DNA from: Ptychomitrium polyphyllum
Lineage: Eukaryota
Length of the DNA stretch: 64,000 nucleotides
Direction of reading: 5' to 3'
Assembly (NCBI GenBank): GCA_973851085.1
Contig: OZ316775.1
Span: 17,546,001-17,610,000 of the forward strand
Numbering within the stretch: position 1 is the first letter of the stretch; each line of letters begins with the position of its first letter. A model generated the notes under the pieces. It worked only from the letters and a program-made list of their open reading frames with translations, did not search any database and had not been told where the DNA came from. A program made the position numbers and the translations under genes. Shown here piece by piece: positions 1 to 11,680 of the stretch.

Positions 1-756
1 TGTAAAAAAAATATGCCATCTTGGTCAATCGAGCTACCACACTAAAGATGGTATTTAAAAAAGTTGATGGAAGAAGATCTGTAATGAAATCCATTAAAAC
101 GTACAACCATGGTATTGAGGACACAAGAAACAAGAAGCAGAAACAAAGTATTTTCCAAAGAATTAGCTTCCAAGGACCTAATGATTAACAAGAACTTGAT
201 ACAAAGACTACAACAAGGCAGGATTTAAGATGATCCACAACTTGTGTTGGCAAGACTAAGGAACACCTTGTCTTGCCGCCTATTTATACTATGACTTTTG
301 TATCTCCTAGGATACTTCTAAAGAAGCTTCCTACAAGGCTTAAGAATGTTCTAGAAGTTTAGGGAATCTTCCCAAGAAGCTTCCAAGATGTTGGAACCTT
401 CCTTGGAGGTTTCCTAAGGTAGCGGAACCTTTTTAGGAAAATTTTTAAAGTAGCAACCAGGTATAGGAAGTATTCTAAAGAGGTAGAATTTTCCTAGGAA
501 GTTTTTTGAGGTGGAAGAACTTTTCTAGGGAATTTTCTAAGGTAATAGAATCTTCGTAGGAAGTTTATTAAGAAATTATTTGAGAAATGGAACCTTCCTA
601 GGATATTTCTTAAGATGGAAGAACTTTCTTAGGAAACTTCTTAAGAACATGGAAAGGCTATGGAGACATTTAAAAGTATTCTAAGAAGCTATTATAGTAT
701 ACTAGAAGGCTCTAGAATGTTCTAAGGACTATATTGCATGATCTATGTCCGTGACA
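1..756 (-). mobile_element. 3' LTR of the Ty3/gypsy (chromovirus) element, truncated by the window edge
   Basis: On the minus strand it starts TGTCACGGAC at 756, just after a purine-rich tract (AAATGGAGAAGTGA) downstream of pol. It contains degenerate ~30-bp tandem units (GAACCTTCCTAGGAAG..TAAG, about 340-660). Its terminal ~100 bp recur split at 3081-3124 plus 9558-9613. Confidence 0.75.
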
Positions 757-770
757 TCACTTCTCCATTT
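757..770 (-). promoter_or_regulatory. Putative polypurine tract of the gypsy element
   Basis: Minus-strand AAATGGAGAAGTGA directly precedes the TGTCAC LTR start. Confidence 0.5.
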
Positions 771-1410
771 AGCAATGAGTTCCATGAGGAGCTCTTTTCT
801 TTGCTTGCTTGTCACATTTTTACAAATTCCAAAATTTATTGAAGAAATGAAGCAATATATTTTGCTTGTTGTTCTTTGTTCACTAGTTCAACTGGTCGTT
901 GCAAAAAAAGCCAATGGCCACCAGCCAAGACTTCTGTTGTTGAAGTGCCCCATCTCAAGATCTGATCTTGATTAAACCCTTTAAAACATCCTCCAAACAA
1001 GATTTCGGGTCCTCTAGGAGTGACTCTTCCAATTTTTAACAAGATGATTAGAGCGCGAGCATCTGAATCAAAACTAGAATGTGAAGGGCGACTAGTCAAT
1101 ACTTCTATACGAGGTCATACTTGACGTTGGGATGTCCCTCTCATATCTTGACTTAGATCTTCCGTTACCAAGGGCTGTTAAAGTTGAGTTGGCTCAACAG
1201 ATGCTGTTGTTGATGAAGGCATGGCCGACTGCTCTTCAAGCATATTCAAAATAACACGAAGATTTGCCATCCTAGCTGGGATCTAAAAATGATCTATCTT
1301 AGAAATGATGCTATATACAATTGGAAGTTTGGATATCTCTCCATTCTTTTTATACTTGTTTATGAAGGAAAAACTTCTTTGTGAAGCTAACAGTTACAGA
1401 TGACACATCA

Positions 1411-3080
1411 TCACTGACCTGGTTTTTGAGGATATCTTTGATGAAATTTGCGTACCTTCTCAGATGCATTTATTACATTAGTTGAAGGTTCCCATGTTTG
1501 GTCATTGATGCCATATCCTTGCCAATGTATAAAATACTCCACAAGTCTGTTTTTGATGCGTGAATCTAAGATCTCTTCTACTTCATATTCAATTTCATTA
1601 CTGATTTCCAACAAAGGAGGCGGAGGGACAATTCTCTCTAGTATACATGATTTGTTATAGGTTTCCAACAACAATATGTGGAATACTGGATGAATTTGCA
1701 TGCTTGGTGGTAGCTTTAGGCGATAACTAACCGGATTTATCTGTTTGCTGATTTCAAATGGTCCCAACCTTTGATAGTCCAACTTCTTTGATGGTCTTTT
1801 TGTTTGTATATTTTGTCGTAGGAGCCATACGCAATCTCCAACCTTGAACTTTGGATGGTCTTTTTAATGGCGATCTGCATAAGTTTTGTAACGATCTTGA
1901 GCTTGTTGTAACTGGAAGGTAATTTCTTGATGGATTTTAGCAAGTTGAATTGCAAAATCCTCTGCTGCGGGACTTCCAACATGCTTCACTTGAAATGGAT
2001 CAGCTCGAGGATGATGGCCATAGTTTGCAAAGAATGGACTTTGAGTTGTTGAAGAGTGCAACGTATTATTATAAGTAAATTTTGCCAAAGGCAAGAGGTC
2101 CATCCAGTTGTCTTGCTGGTAGTTTATGCTACAACAAAGGTATTGCTCTAAAATTTGATTCACACGTTTGATTTGACCATCAGTTTGCGGATGGTGTGCT
2201 AAAAAAAGATTGATTTTTACACGCAACAGCTTGAATAGAGCCTTCCAAAAGTTGGATATAAATTGCGGCCCCCGATCGGATACAATATCATCTGATAGTC
2301 CATGTATGCGGTAGACGTGATTTAGGAACAACTTGGCAGTTTCTTCTCCAGTTACCGTCTTGTTGCATGGAATGAAATGTGCCATTTTGGTAAATCAATC
2401 CACCACTATCAAAATAGAATCCTTAGAATGAGAGTTTGGAAGGTCCGTAATAAAATCCATTGATAAAGACAACCATGGGCCCTTTGGCACTAGAAGCAAA
2501 TAGAGGAGATCATGAGATTGGTGTCTTAGTACCTTGACTCTTGCACAAGTGTCGCATGATCAAAAAAAGTCCTTTACGTATTTCTACATATGTGGTCACC
2601 AATAGTCTCTAGCAATGAACTCCATTGTTTTATTGAATCCAAAATGTGCTGCTGCTAGAAAATCATGACGTGCTTGAAGGATCTTCAACCGCAAAGGACC
2701 TAGAGGTAGGTACAAAAGTCCTTTATAATAAAGTAGGCCCTCTTGCAATTCAAAGTCCTCATTGCTATTTAAAGGACCTCCATTGTCTTTGAGGCGTTTC
2801 TTTATATTCGAAACAAAGACGTCATTCGTCAAAGCCTTCCGAATTTTGTCAAGATGGGATGTTGTCGTAATAATGGTTGCTTTCAATTGAAGATTCTCTG
2901 GTTTCAATAAAATAATCCTTTGTTGATTCAAAACATCATCTTCAGGTTGAGTAGCTAAATAAGATCTTTAAGATAAGGCATCTGGCTTACTTTATAAGCT
3001 CTCAGGTCAATATATAATGACAAAGTCAAATCTGGAAAGCAACATACTCCACCTTATTTGTCAGCAATTCAAAATGCTAT
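1411..3080 (-). pseudogene. Decayed Ty3/gypsy pol 3' part: RNase H end, integrase (zinc-finger region, core, GPF) and chromodomain
   Basis: ORF fragments HFGFNKTMEFIARDYW, IVSDRGPQF..HPQTDGQ, GPFEI..YRLKLP..IHPVFH and EYEVEEILDSR..YFIHWQGYG..TWEP. Broken by stops and frameshifts. Confidence 0.92.
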
Positions 3081-3124
3081 GGCTATGGAGACATTTAAAA
3101 GTATAGTAAGTAGCTACTATAGTA

Positions 3125-3535
3125 TGTTGCAAAGTATGAAACATATGAAATACTTGTAGTTAAAATTTCCTTGTGTAGGACTAAAGCTTGATAGGTTGCT
3201 AATAGTCAAAGGAGTGTCAAGAAAGAGGACATAGAGGATATGGAAGCTAGGGTTAAGAAAAGGCATTAAGGATTTTATATGGCGGCTAAGGTTAGGACGG
3301 CCATTAGGGTTAGGGTGGCGGTTATGACGGCTACGGCGGTTAGGGTTTGCCGCCATATATCACTCATTTAGTGGAGGCAAATGCATGGCTGCCAAGTGGC
3401 ATACTTTGGTGGATGACTCTAAAATATAAGTAAATGAGTTTTGGAAGTGGGGGTCATCTTGCTCCACACTTGTCTTGTTGCAACTTGGCTTTTTCTTCTT
3501 GCTTGTTGTACTACCTTTGTTGCATTTTTTCAATA
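3125..3535 (+). repeat. 5' LTR of the copia element
   Basis: TGTTGC...TTCAATA, a colinear direct repeat of 9142-9552. Confidence 0.93.
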
Positions 3536-3548
3536 GGTTATGGGCCCA
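3536..3548 (+). promoter_or_regulatory. Primer binding site GGTTATGGGCCCA (half-tRNA-iMet type)
   Basis: Immediately follows the 5' LTR and matches the Drosophila copia-type PBS (GGTTATGGGCCCAG). Confidence 0.8.
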
Positions 3549-3929
3549 TCCACACTTAATTGTACCTTTTAAAGTAGCTTGAAGTGTTTTTAGAAACTCC
3601 TAACTTTGAGGGTTTACACGTATAGGTGCTTAATTTGATGTTCTTTGAGCTCTAGTAGGGTTGTACATGTTGAAACTCCTTAAATAGTGAGTTTTGTTGG
3701 ATGATGATAAGACCTTGCTAGTGTCTTTATTAAATTCGAGCTTCCTAACACCAACTTATTGTACTTGATGTTGTTGTCTTGTGAGTTCATTGATAAGTGT
3801 GCTTATTGAGTGGACATAGTGAGTTGAAAGGCTTGTCTTCGGACTCATAGTTGTGAAGACTTGTGAGAAGCATAGGAGTCAAGGAAATAGTTTGTTTGAA
3901 GGTACACTTGTTACCTCTCTTCTTAAGGC

Positions 3930-6900
3930 ATGGCTTCAAGTGAAGGTGAAGATCTAAGGATCATTCAAAAGTTTCATGGTGAGAACTTCTACTAATAGAA
4001 GGTTAGACTGGAGCTCTCATTGGCTTCTTTGGACCTTTGGGATATCATAGATGAAAATGAGGTTGCTGCACCATTGCCAGCAAATGCAAGGAGAGGAAGG
4101 AGTTCCAACGTTGTGAGAAGAAGGCTTTTGGCATCCTTGCCACCAACCTTCTTGATGATGCCAACTTTGCCCATATCATCTCTTGCAAAGGACTAGCAGA
4201 AGCGTGGAAGACGCATTGCAACATCTATGAGAGCAAGAACCTCTCCAACATTATCTTCATAAGGAAGAAGTTCTTGAACTGCAAGATGGAAGAAGGGCAC
4301 GACCTTATGGCGCATGTCAACAAATTGAAGGCCCTTGCAAGGCAACTTGCCATTGTGGACAAGCCATTGGAGGATTTGGATGTTGTGATAACATTGCTCA
4401 TGAGCTTGGCAGAGTCCTATAGCTATCTCATAGTGGCCTTGGAGTCCATTTCCATCAAAGACCTCACCATGGACTATGTGATAGCGAGATTGAGCCATGA
4501 GGAGATCAAGAGGAAAGAGAAGGCGACTTCAAGTGACTACTCCGCCCTCTTCTTGAAGCAAGGCAAAGCCACCTACTCTAATCAACGTCCAAATCTTAGA
4601 ACATGCTTTGTGTGTGGAAAACCAGGTCATTTTGCTCCAAATTTCTACAAGTTCAAGAGATGAGAGAGGGAGGATGCCAACCATGTGATGGACCACCTTG
4701 GAGGTGGTGGTTGTAACTTCATGGCAAGCAAAAAGGCGCCTATGGCGGCCCTATCCAAGTAGATAGTTGATTCGGGCGCCACAAAGCACATGACTCTTTA
4801 CAAGTGCTCATTCCATACTTATGAGGCAATTGCAGCCACTAGTGTGCTCATGGGTGACAATGGCGTGGTGGAGGCCATTGGAATTGGTTCCATTGTGGTG
4901 GAAGTTGTTGTAGGAGGCAAGACCAAAAGGATCACCTTCAAAGACATGCTCCATGTGCCAAAGATGAAGTCCAACCTCCTCTGAGTGAGCAAACTTGTGA
5001 TGGGAGAGTTTGTGGCTCATTTCAATATAAATGGATGTGTTGTGAATTCATTGGATGGAGATGTTGTTGTCATGAAGTTGAGGGATGGCAACTTGTACTT
5101 CAGCAAGTGTAAAAAGGTAAATGGACTGGAGGTGGCGGCCTTTGCTAATTATATTCAAGATGAAGATAAGTTTGGCATATGGCATGGATGCCTTGGGCAC
5201 CTTAATGTCAAGGCCATAAAGGGGTTCTAAGACATAGTAAGCAGCTTGGATCTGGGTACAACATGTTGCAACTCTTGTAATGCACCTTAACAATGTCACG
5301 CGCGTCAACCTTGTACACCCCCACATCCACATGATTAACCCCGATTTTCACTTTCCAAATACTTCTACCCTTTTTCTTAGAACACCCAAATAATTAATAG
5401 CCAATGATTAGGTGCAGACTTCCATCCATATTCAAGGCCTCACTTGATGTTACTCCCATTCCACACGGCCTAACCGCACTTAGTGGTGTCTCCCCACTAC
5501 CACTCATATCCCCATGTGATCCGAAGATCACCCCAAGCCATCATGGTGTCAACGTGAAGATATCACCCCAACTTAGTAGTAACAAGCGTGCCCTTGTTAT
5601 CTCACTAGTTTCCTTTGTGAAATCGGTCATCCACCGGCTCACAATGGTGTGGGAGTCCCCGTGGTGAAGCTCCAACACTAGCTCCACCAATCGGGACTCA
5701 CCCTTGGTTCCTACCGGAACACTAGGGGAGTGGGAAGTGGGACCAGCCTTCCCCTATAGTACTCTCTATGGGATTGGACAAACCCCCTGGCCCTCTGTAG
5801 CTGGCTGAATCCCGACACACCCAAACTTTTTGAAGGCCACCCGATTTTCCTTGGGACTTAAACGCTGGAAGGCTCCGGGACTTCCTGCGGTCCTTTAGGG
5901 AGCCATATCTTACACGTTTGGTGTCTAAATCAATCAAACGACCACTGTATTGTCATCTACTCTTTGCGTAGATGCCGATAAATTCCTCACACGTCCAATT
6001 TGACTTAGTATTCTGGGAGATATGCCTCTCCCAAGGTTCGGGACTCCTGGGGAACTCCTCCTTGGACTGTTCCAGTCCAATACAGTCACTGTTTAGGACT
6101 GCCACAGTCCAGAACAGCCCCTTGGCGACCCCGACTTTGGGATGCCAAATCTTTGAGCTCTCTTGTCCGATTTGAGCAATCTTTAGCATTCTAGAATCAG
6201 CTCTTTGTGAATCTTCCAATGCCCATGATTTCTCTGTCGTGGCCCTTGGTTTACATGGCCAAGGACATATCTCCCCCTCGAAATCCTTCCCACGCTAGGC
6301 CTACTTGGTTCCCCTCACTATTGGCGCCACAAGTCCCGGATGTCATTCCGGGATCCTCCTTGTGCCCTTAGTGTTGCAGGCACTCCTCAAGGAGAAGTGT
6401 GCATCACAACATGCCACAAGGCTAAGGAACTTGCTTGTGAGGGTTGCATCCAAGGCAGGCAATAAAGGGCGTTGTTTCCAAGTGGAGTGGCAACTTGAGC
6501 AAGCACATTGTTGGCAATTGTGTATTCTGACGTGTGCAAGCCTATAAAGACTCCATTCATGGGGGGCGCAAGGTATTTCTTCACTTTCATTGATGATTTT
6601 TTGAGGAAAGTGTGGGTGTTCATTCTCAAGGCCAAGAACAAGTGCTTTGCAAAGTTCAAGGATTTTAAGGTGCTTGTGGAGAAGCAATGTGAATCCAAGA
6701 TCAAAGTATTACATTCAGATAATGGTAGTGAATTCTTATCCAAGCGTTTTGATTACTTCTTGAGGAATGAAGGCATTGCAAGGCAAACCTCCATTCCATA
6801 CACTCCACAACAAAATGGAGTTGCTGAGAGGGCAAACCGCACCATTGTAGAGATGGCAAGGAGCATGCTTCATACTCAATATCTTGGGCATGAGTTGTAG

Positions 6901-9123
6901 GCAAAAGCGGTAGTGAATGCGGTGTACACAAAGAATAGGTGCTCCACAAGTGCCCTTGCATCCATAACCCTTGAAGAAGCTTGCACTGGTAAGAAACCTT
7001 GTGTTTCACACATGAGGACCTTTAAATGCCTTGTATATGCAATTGTTCTAGATTGCATGAAATCCAAGCTTGATGCAAAGGGTACAAAGTGTGTGTTTGT
7101 TGGTTATTGTAAAGGCAATAAAGCGTATAGGTTGATGTGTATGGAGAGCAAGAAGATCATCAAGAGCCGTGATGTTGAGTTCTTGGAGCACAAGAGTGCT
7201 TGTGAGCGCTTGGAGATGTGTTCAAGTCGGAGTAATGGTGTGATTGTGAACACATCCTCCACTTCAACAAAGGAAGAAGGTACAAATGATGATGGAGGTG
7301 AAGGAACAATAGAAGGGAATAGCAAGGCGACTTCCACCCATAAGACCAGCAGAGGAACCCCACAAGATGATAATGAGCATCTTCATCCAAATGAGAAGGA
7401 TCAACTTCTAAGTGAAGGAGAAGTGGATGCATTATAAGAGAAGAGGCTTGCAATGAGTGGTAGGAGGTACTCCATGAAGGAGATGAGGGCACCTGGTCAT
7501 TGGTGGAAGAACCACATGTTTTCCAAAGTGAGTGCAGAACATGCCAATGTTGCCCTTCTTATTGATCCCATAATTATGTGCAATGCCTTGAAGTCCACGG
7601 ATGCCATGAAATGGAAGAAGGCCATGGAAGAAAAGTACAAGTTGCTCTTGGATAATGGCACATGGTACTTGGTTCAACTTCCTCCAAATTGTTCTTCCAT
7701 AGGTTGCAAGTGGGTGTTTAAAACCAGAGGGATGCTTCGGGTGCAATTGTGAGGCACAAAGCAAAACTAGTTGCCAAACAATACTCACAAGTTATTGGTA
7801 TGGACTTCAATGAGACATTTGCACCAGTGGCGAAATTCACCACCATTAGGACCTTCTTGGTAATAGTAGCCAGCAATGGACTTGGAGGTCCACCAGATGG
7901 ATGTGAAGACGGCCTTTTTAAATGGAGACTTGGAGAAAGACATCTATATGGAGCAACTTCCAAGATTTGTACATGAAGGCTTGGAGCACCTTGCTTGCAG
8001 GTTGAAGAAGGCCTTATATAGGCTGAAGCAATCACCAAGGGCATGGTACCAACGCATTGATGCATTCTTTAAGAAAGAAGGGGTTTGTGAGAAGCAAGGT
8101 GGATCATTCCTTGTATGTAATGCAAACCATGGAGTTCTTATTGATTGTGATTTTGTATGTGGATGACTTGACCATGTTGGCCAACCTTTTGGAGAAGCTA
8201 GAATGGTTGAAGGCCAAATTAGAGCTACAATTTGAGATGAGTGATATGGATGAGTTGCAGTATTATCTTGGAATGGAATTTGTAAGGGATTGTGCAAAGA
8301 GGACCATCACCATGAGCTAGAGGAAGTACATTGAAGAGGTGCTGAAGCGATTCAACATGGAAGACTGCAAGCTAGTGGGAACGCCCTTGGAGGCTAATTT
8401 GAGGTTGATGAAGCTAAGTGATGAGGAATATGCTCAAGTGGAGGGCAAAATGCAAGGCATTCCATACAAGGCAGGAATAAGGTGCCTCATGTATGCCATG
8501 GTGGGCACAAGGTTTGATCTTGCGTTTTTGGTGAGTGTTGTGAGCCAATACATGTCCAAGGCCGGCCCTATGCACTAGACAACCATCAAGAGGATCAGAG
8601 GTACTTGAAAGGCACCTTGGACTTTGTGTTGTGTTTGGAAGGTGATAATATTGAGTTGCAGGGATTTTGTGATGCGGATTGGGCTAGAGATGCAAATGAT
8701 AGGCGCTCCACAACGGGATATGTGTTCTTTGTTGGAGTGGAAGCCATTTCTTGGAACTGCAAGAGGCAATCCACAATTGCAAGGTCAACCATGGAGCCGA
8801 AGTATATGGCGGCAAGTCATGGTGCAATGGAAGCATTGTGGCTAAAGCAACTCTTAGAAGACATTGGACTTGTACAAGAAGGTGCAACGCCCATCATGTG
8901 TAACAATCAAGGATGTCTTGCATTTGCCAAAAATCCCAAGCATCATTCACAAACAAAGCACATCGATATCCAACATCACTTCATAAGAGAGAAGATTGAA
9001 GATGGAGTAATAGATATGAGGTATTGTGCAACAGAGGGCATGCTTGCTGATTTGTTGACAAAAGCATTGATAAAAGATAGACACCTCTTGTTGACAAGGT
9101 CAATTGGATTAAAGGTCCTTTGA
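3930..9123 (+). pseudogene. Copia gag-pol polyprotein with many stops and frameshifts, interrupted by a solo LTR
   Basis: ATG at 3930 (MASSEGEDL). Zinc knuckle CFVCGKPGH, protease IVDSGATKHM, integrase [34 protein letters not shown] and YVDDL, RNase H CDADWA..KHIDIQHHFIRE. Confidence 0.95.
5264..6406. mobile_element. Solo LTR (1143 bp) of another retrotransposon, inserted in the copia pre-integrase region
   Basis: Ends TGTTGCA...TGCATCA (imperfect inverted termini, TG..CA). TSD CAACA at 5259-5263 and 6407-6411. Removing it restores the copia frame GTTCHKAKELACEGC. Confidence 0.88.
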
Positions 9124-9141
9124 CCAATAGCAAAGTAGGAG

Positions 9142-9552
9142 TGTTACAAAGTGTGAAACATATAAAGTAATCCTAATTGAAGTTTCCTTGTGTAGGATTA
9201 GAGCTTGATAGGTTGCTAATGGTTAAAGGGGTGTCAAAAAAGAGGCCATAGAGGATATGGAGGCTAGGGTTAAGAAAAGGAAATAAGGATTTTATATGGT
9301 TGCTAGGGTTAGAGCGGCTGTTAAGGTTAGGGTGGCGGCTACGGCTACTATGGCAGCTAGGGTTTGCCGCCACATGTCACTTATTTAGTGGAGGCAAATG
9401 CATGGCCGCCAAGTGGCACACTTTGGTGGATGACTTCCAAGTATAAGTAAAGGGGTTTTGGAAGTGGGAGTCATCTTGCTCCACACTTCTCTTGTTGCAA
9501 TTTTGTTCTTTTTTCTTACTTGTTGTAGTAGCTTTATTGCATTTCTTCAATA
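9142..9552 (+). repeat. 3' LTR of the copia element, preceded by PPT-like CAAAGTAGGAG
   Basis: TGTTAC...TTCAATA, a direct repeat of 3125-3535. Confidence 0.93.
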
Positions 9553-9557
9553 TAGTA

Positions 9558-9713
9558 TACTTGAAGGTTCTGGAATGTTCTAAGGACTATGTTGCATGAT
9601 TTATGTCCGTAACCAAATGAATATGGAAGCATTGAAAATATTATAAGAAACTACTACAATGTATTTGAAGGTTCTGAAAGGTTCTAAATATTATGTTGCA
9701 TGATCTACGTTTA
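9558..9713 (-). repeat. Gypsy LTR terminal fragments: remainder of the 5' LTR start plus a further degenerate copy
   Basis: 9558-9613 matches about 699-756 (GAAGG..GAATGTTCTAAGGACTAT.TTGCATGAT.TATGTCCGT). About 9622-9713 is a more diverged second copy. Confidence 0.7.
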
Positions 9714-11610
9714 TAATATATTGTGTGGACTAATATATCTTCTAATTAGCGGGTGATTTTGATTAAGCTCACAGCTAGTGAGGAATTCAATTGTTTTTTG
9801 ACATGTTGGCCTAAATGTGGTTCCAATTTTTTGGTTGTGGACTCTAAAAAAGAAAGTATAAGAACCTTGTTTAATAACAAAACTCTTCACCAAAGTTCAA
9901 CAATTGCTTCATTTTTGAAGCCTAATACAAGATATTGAGCTCCTTTTTGAATTGAAAACATTAAAAATTTGGAGCTTCTAAAGACAAGATGCCTTATCAT
10001 CAAAGTTGATATAATTAAAAGCTATATTTACTTCATCTTCATTGGCAAAGCGATTCACGTCATGTAATTGTAATGGACCAAATGCATCAATGTCATTTTC
10101 CAATTTTTTGTTGTTCTTCAACTTTCAAACAACATTATCTTCAATACCAGCCTTTAATAGCAATATACTATGCATATTCAAATGTGTCATGGTAGTTCCT
10201 ATTTCAAAGTTAAATCCTCAAACAAAGGAAATTTATAGAAAGGCATATTTCCAAATCATAGACAATTAGATATTTATATCACAAGATGGAATTGATTTGG
10301 AAACTTGTACAAGCCTTGTGGCTAATTAAATGCATTGTGCAAAGTTGCCATGGATTATATTTTAGGCCCTGACTTAATTAACAAAAGTAAGGTCATCTAC
10401 AACAACTTGTCATCGTAAAGTATCTTGTTGCATTTTCAAAAGAAGAAACTCACTGCAATCTATATTAAGATAAGCAAGAGAAAAGTTGCAAGTTGCATGA
10501 TCATAAAAATTCCATCTCATTTTGAATACAAGTTTGTATAAAAGTGCAAGGCAAAATAATACGCAAGGTGGTGGATTACAACGGAATTTTTCCACACTAT
10601 TGAGCCTCAAGGAAGTAACAAGGATCTATTGCAAGTACAAAAAGACCACATGTTTAGGCAAATGGAAGATGCATACTTGGTAGCCAAAATAGCCTTGAAA
10701 ATATTCAACGAGGGCTTTAACAAAGATTTGTTTGTGAACACATCTACCCAATTTTATTTTAAATACAAGTTCCAAGGGCTAAGCCATGAAGTTTCTACTA
10801 AATGCCTTTCATTAGCAAAGATGGTCAAGAAGTTCACTTCACTACCATTCAATTTTTCCCTCCAAATATGTATTGTCATATGGAAATATAAGATATACAG
10901 CAATCATATAAGATTATAGTCTAGATGAAATAGAGTCAAGGAAACAAGCATAAAATATTAGCAATAATTGCTTGTTGTAATGTTTAAACATATGAATATG
11001 AGTATAAATGATTGTATTTATTTTTGAATGTTGAAACCTTTGTTTTGCTTGAATGAATGTAGATAAGGTCGTTGGTGGAATGTTGGTCACAAAATGCAAT
11101 AATATTCACTATATTATGTCATTTACAAGCATATAGTGTCTTTTGTGATTGAATTTTATTGCTACTTTTAATCTATATTTAAACAGCCTTAATTTCCTTG
11201 CGAATGCGGTTAAAAATTCAAAGTTGCAAAAGATTCACGGTCATTTATGCACAATTGTTGCAAGTCCTTAGTCACACATCCGCAATTGTTACAAACTTGC
11301 GGTTGTATGTTTGCATTTAATGTATACTTGTAGTTTGCACATCCCTAGTTGCCACAAATTCAATGTTATAGACCTACTATTGCACATTTGGAGTTGCAAA
11401 TTCCACACAATACAATCAACAAGCTAGAAGTTGCAATTGGCAAGTGCAGTCTTTAATTTCCAATGATTGCATACATCCAATTGTCAATCTATAGTTCTTG
11501 CCTACCCATGGTCATGAATTGCAATCTAGTTTAATTTTGAGGTGACTTGAAGACAGCGTGTCACTAAATGACACGCTATCTAGACTATGTGGACAAGGTA
11601 AAATTTCACT

Positions 11611-11680
11611 TGTCCAATAACTATGTTTGTCCAATGACTATGTTTGTCCAATAACTATGTTTGTCCAATAACTATGTTTG
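11611..11680 (+). repeat. 17-bp tandem repeat x4 (TGTCCAATAACTATGTT)
   Basis: Four adjacent copies with one substitution, and a stray partial copy near 11821. Confidence 0.9.

Larger units (their letters stand above)
3125..9552 (+). mobile_element. Full-length decayed Ty1/copia LTR retrotransposon
   Basis: Two 411-bp LTRs, TSD TAGTA at 3120-3124 and 9553-9557, PBS, PPT and gag-PR-INT-RT-RH domain order. Confidence 0.95.

Noticed and set aside
3117..3356. Duplicated ORF MAANP... (also 9173-9373)
   Set aside because: It lies inside the two copia LTRs, so the duplication is explained by the LTRs.
9720..11540. Possible decayed coding or transposon remnant with short ORFs and TTGCA-rich sequence
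   Set aside because: I could not recognise any motif, terminal repeat or TSD. A tBLASTx or RepeatMasker search would be needed.
11611..11680. Short direct-repeat array superficially like CRISPR
   Set aside because: The units are contiguous with no spacers, the context is eukaryotic and there are no cas genes. It is a minisatellite.
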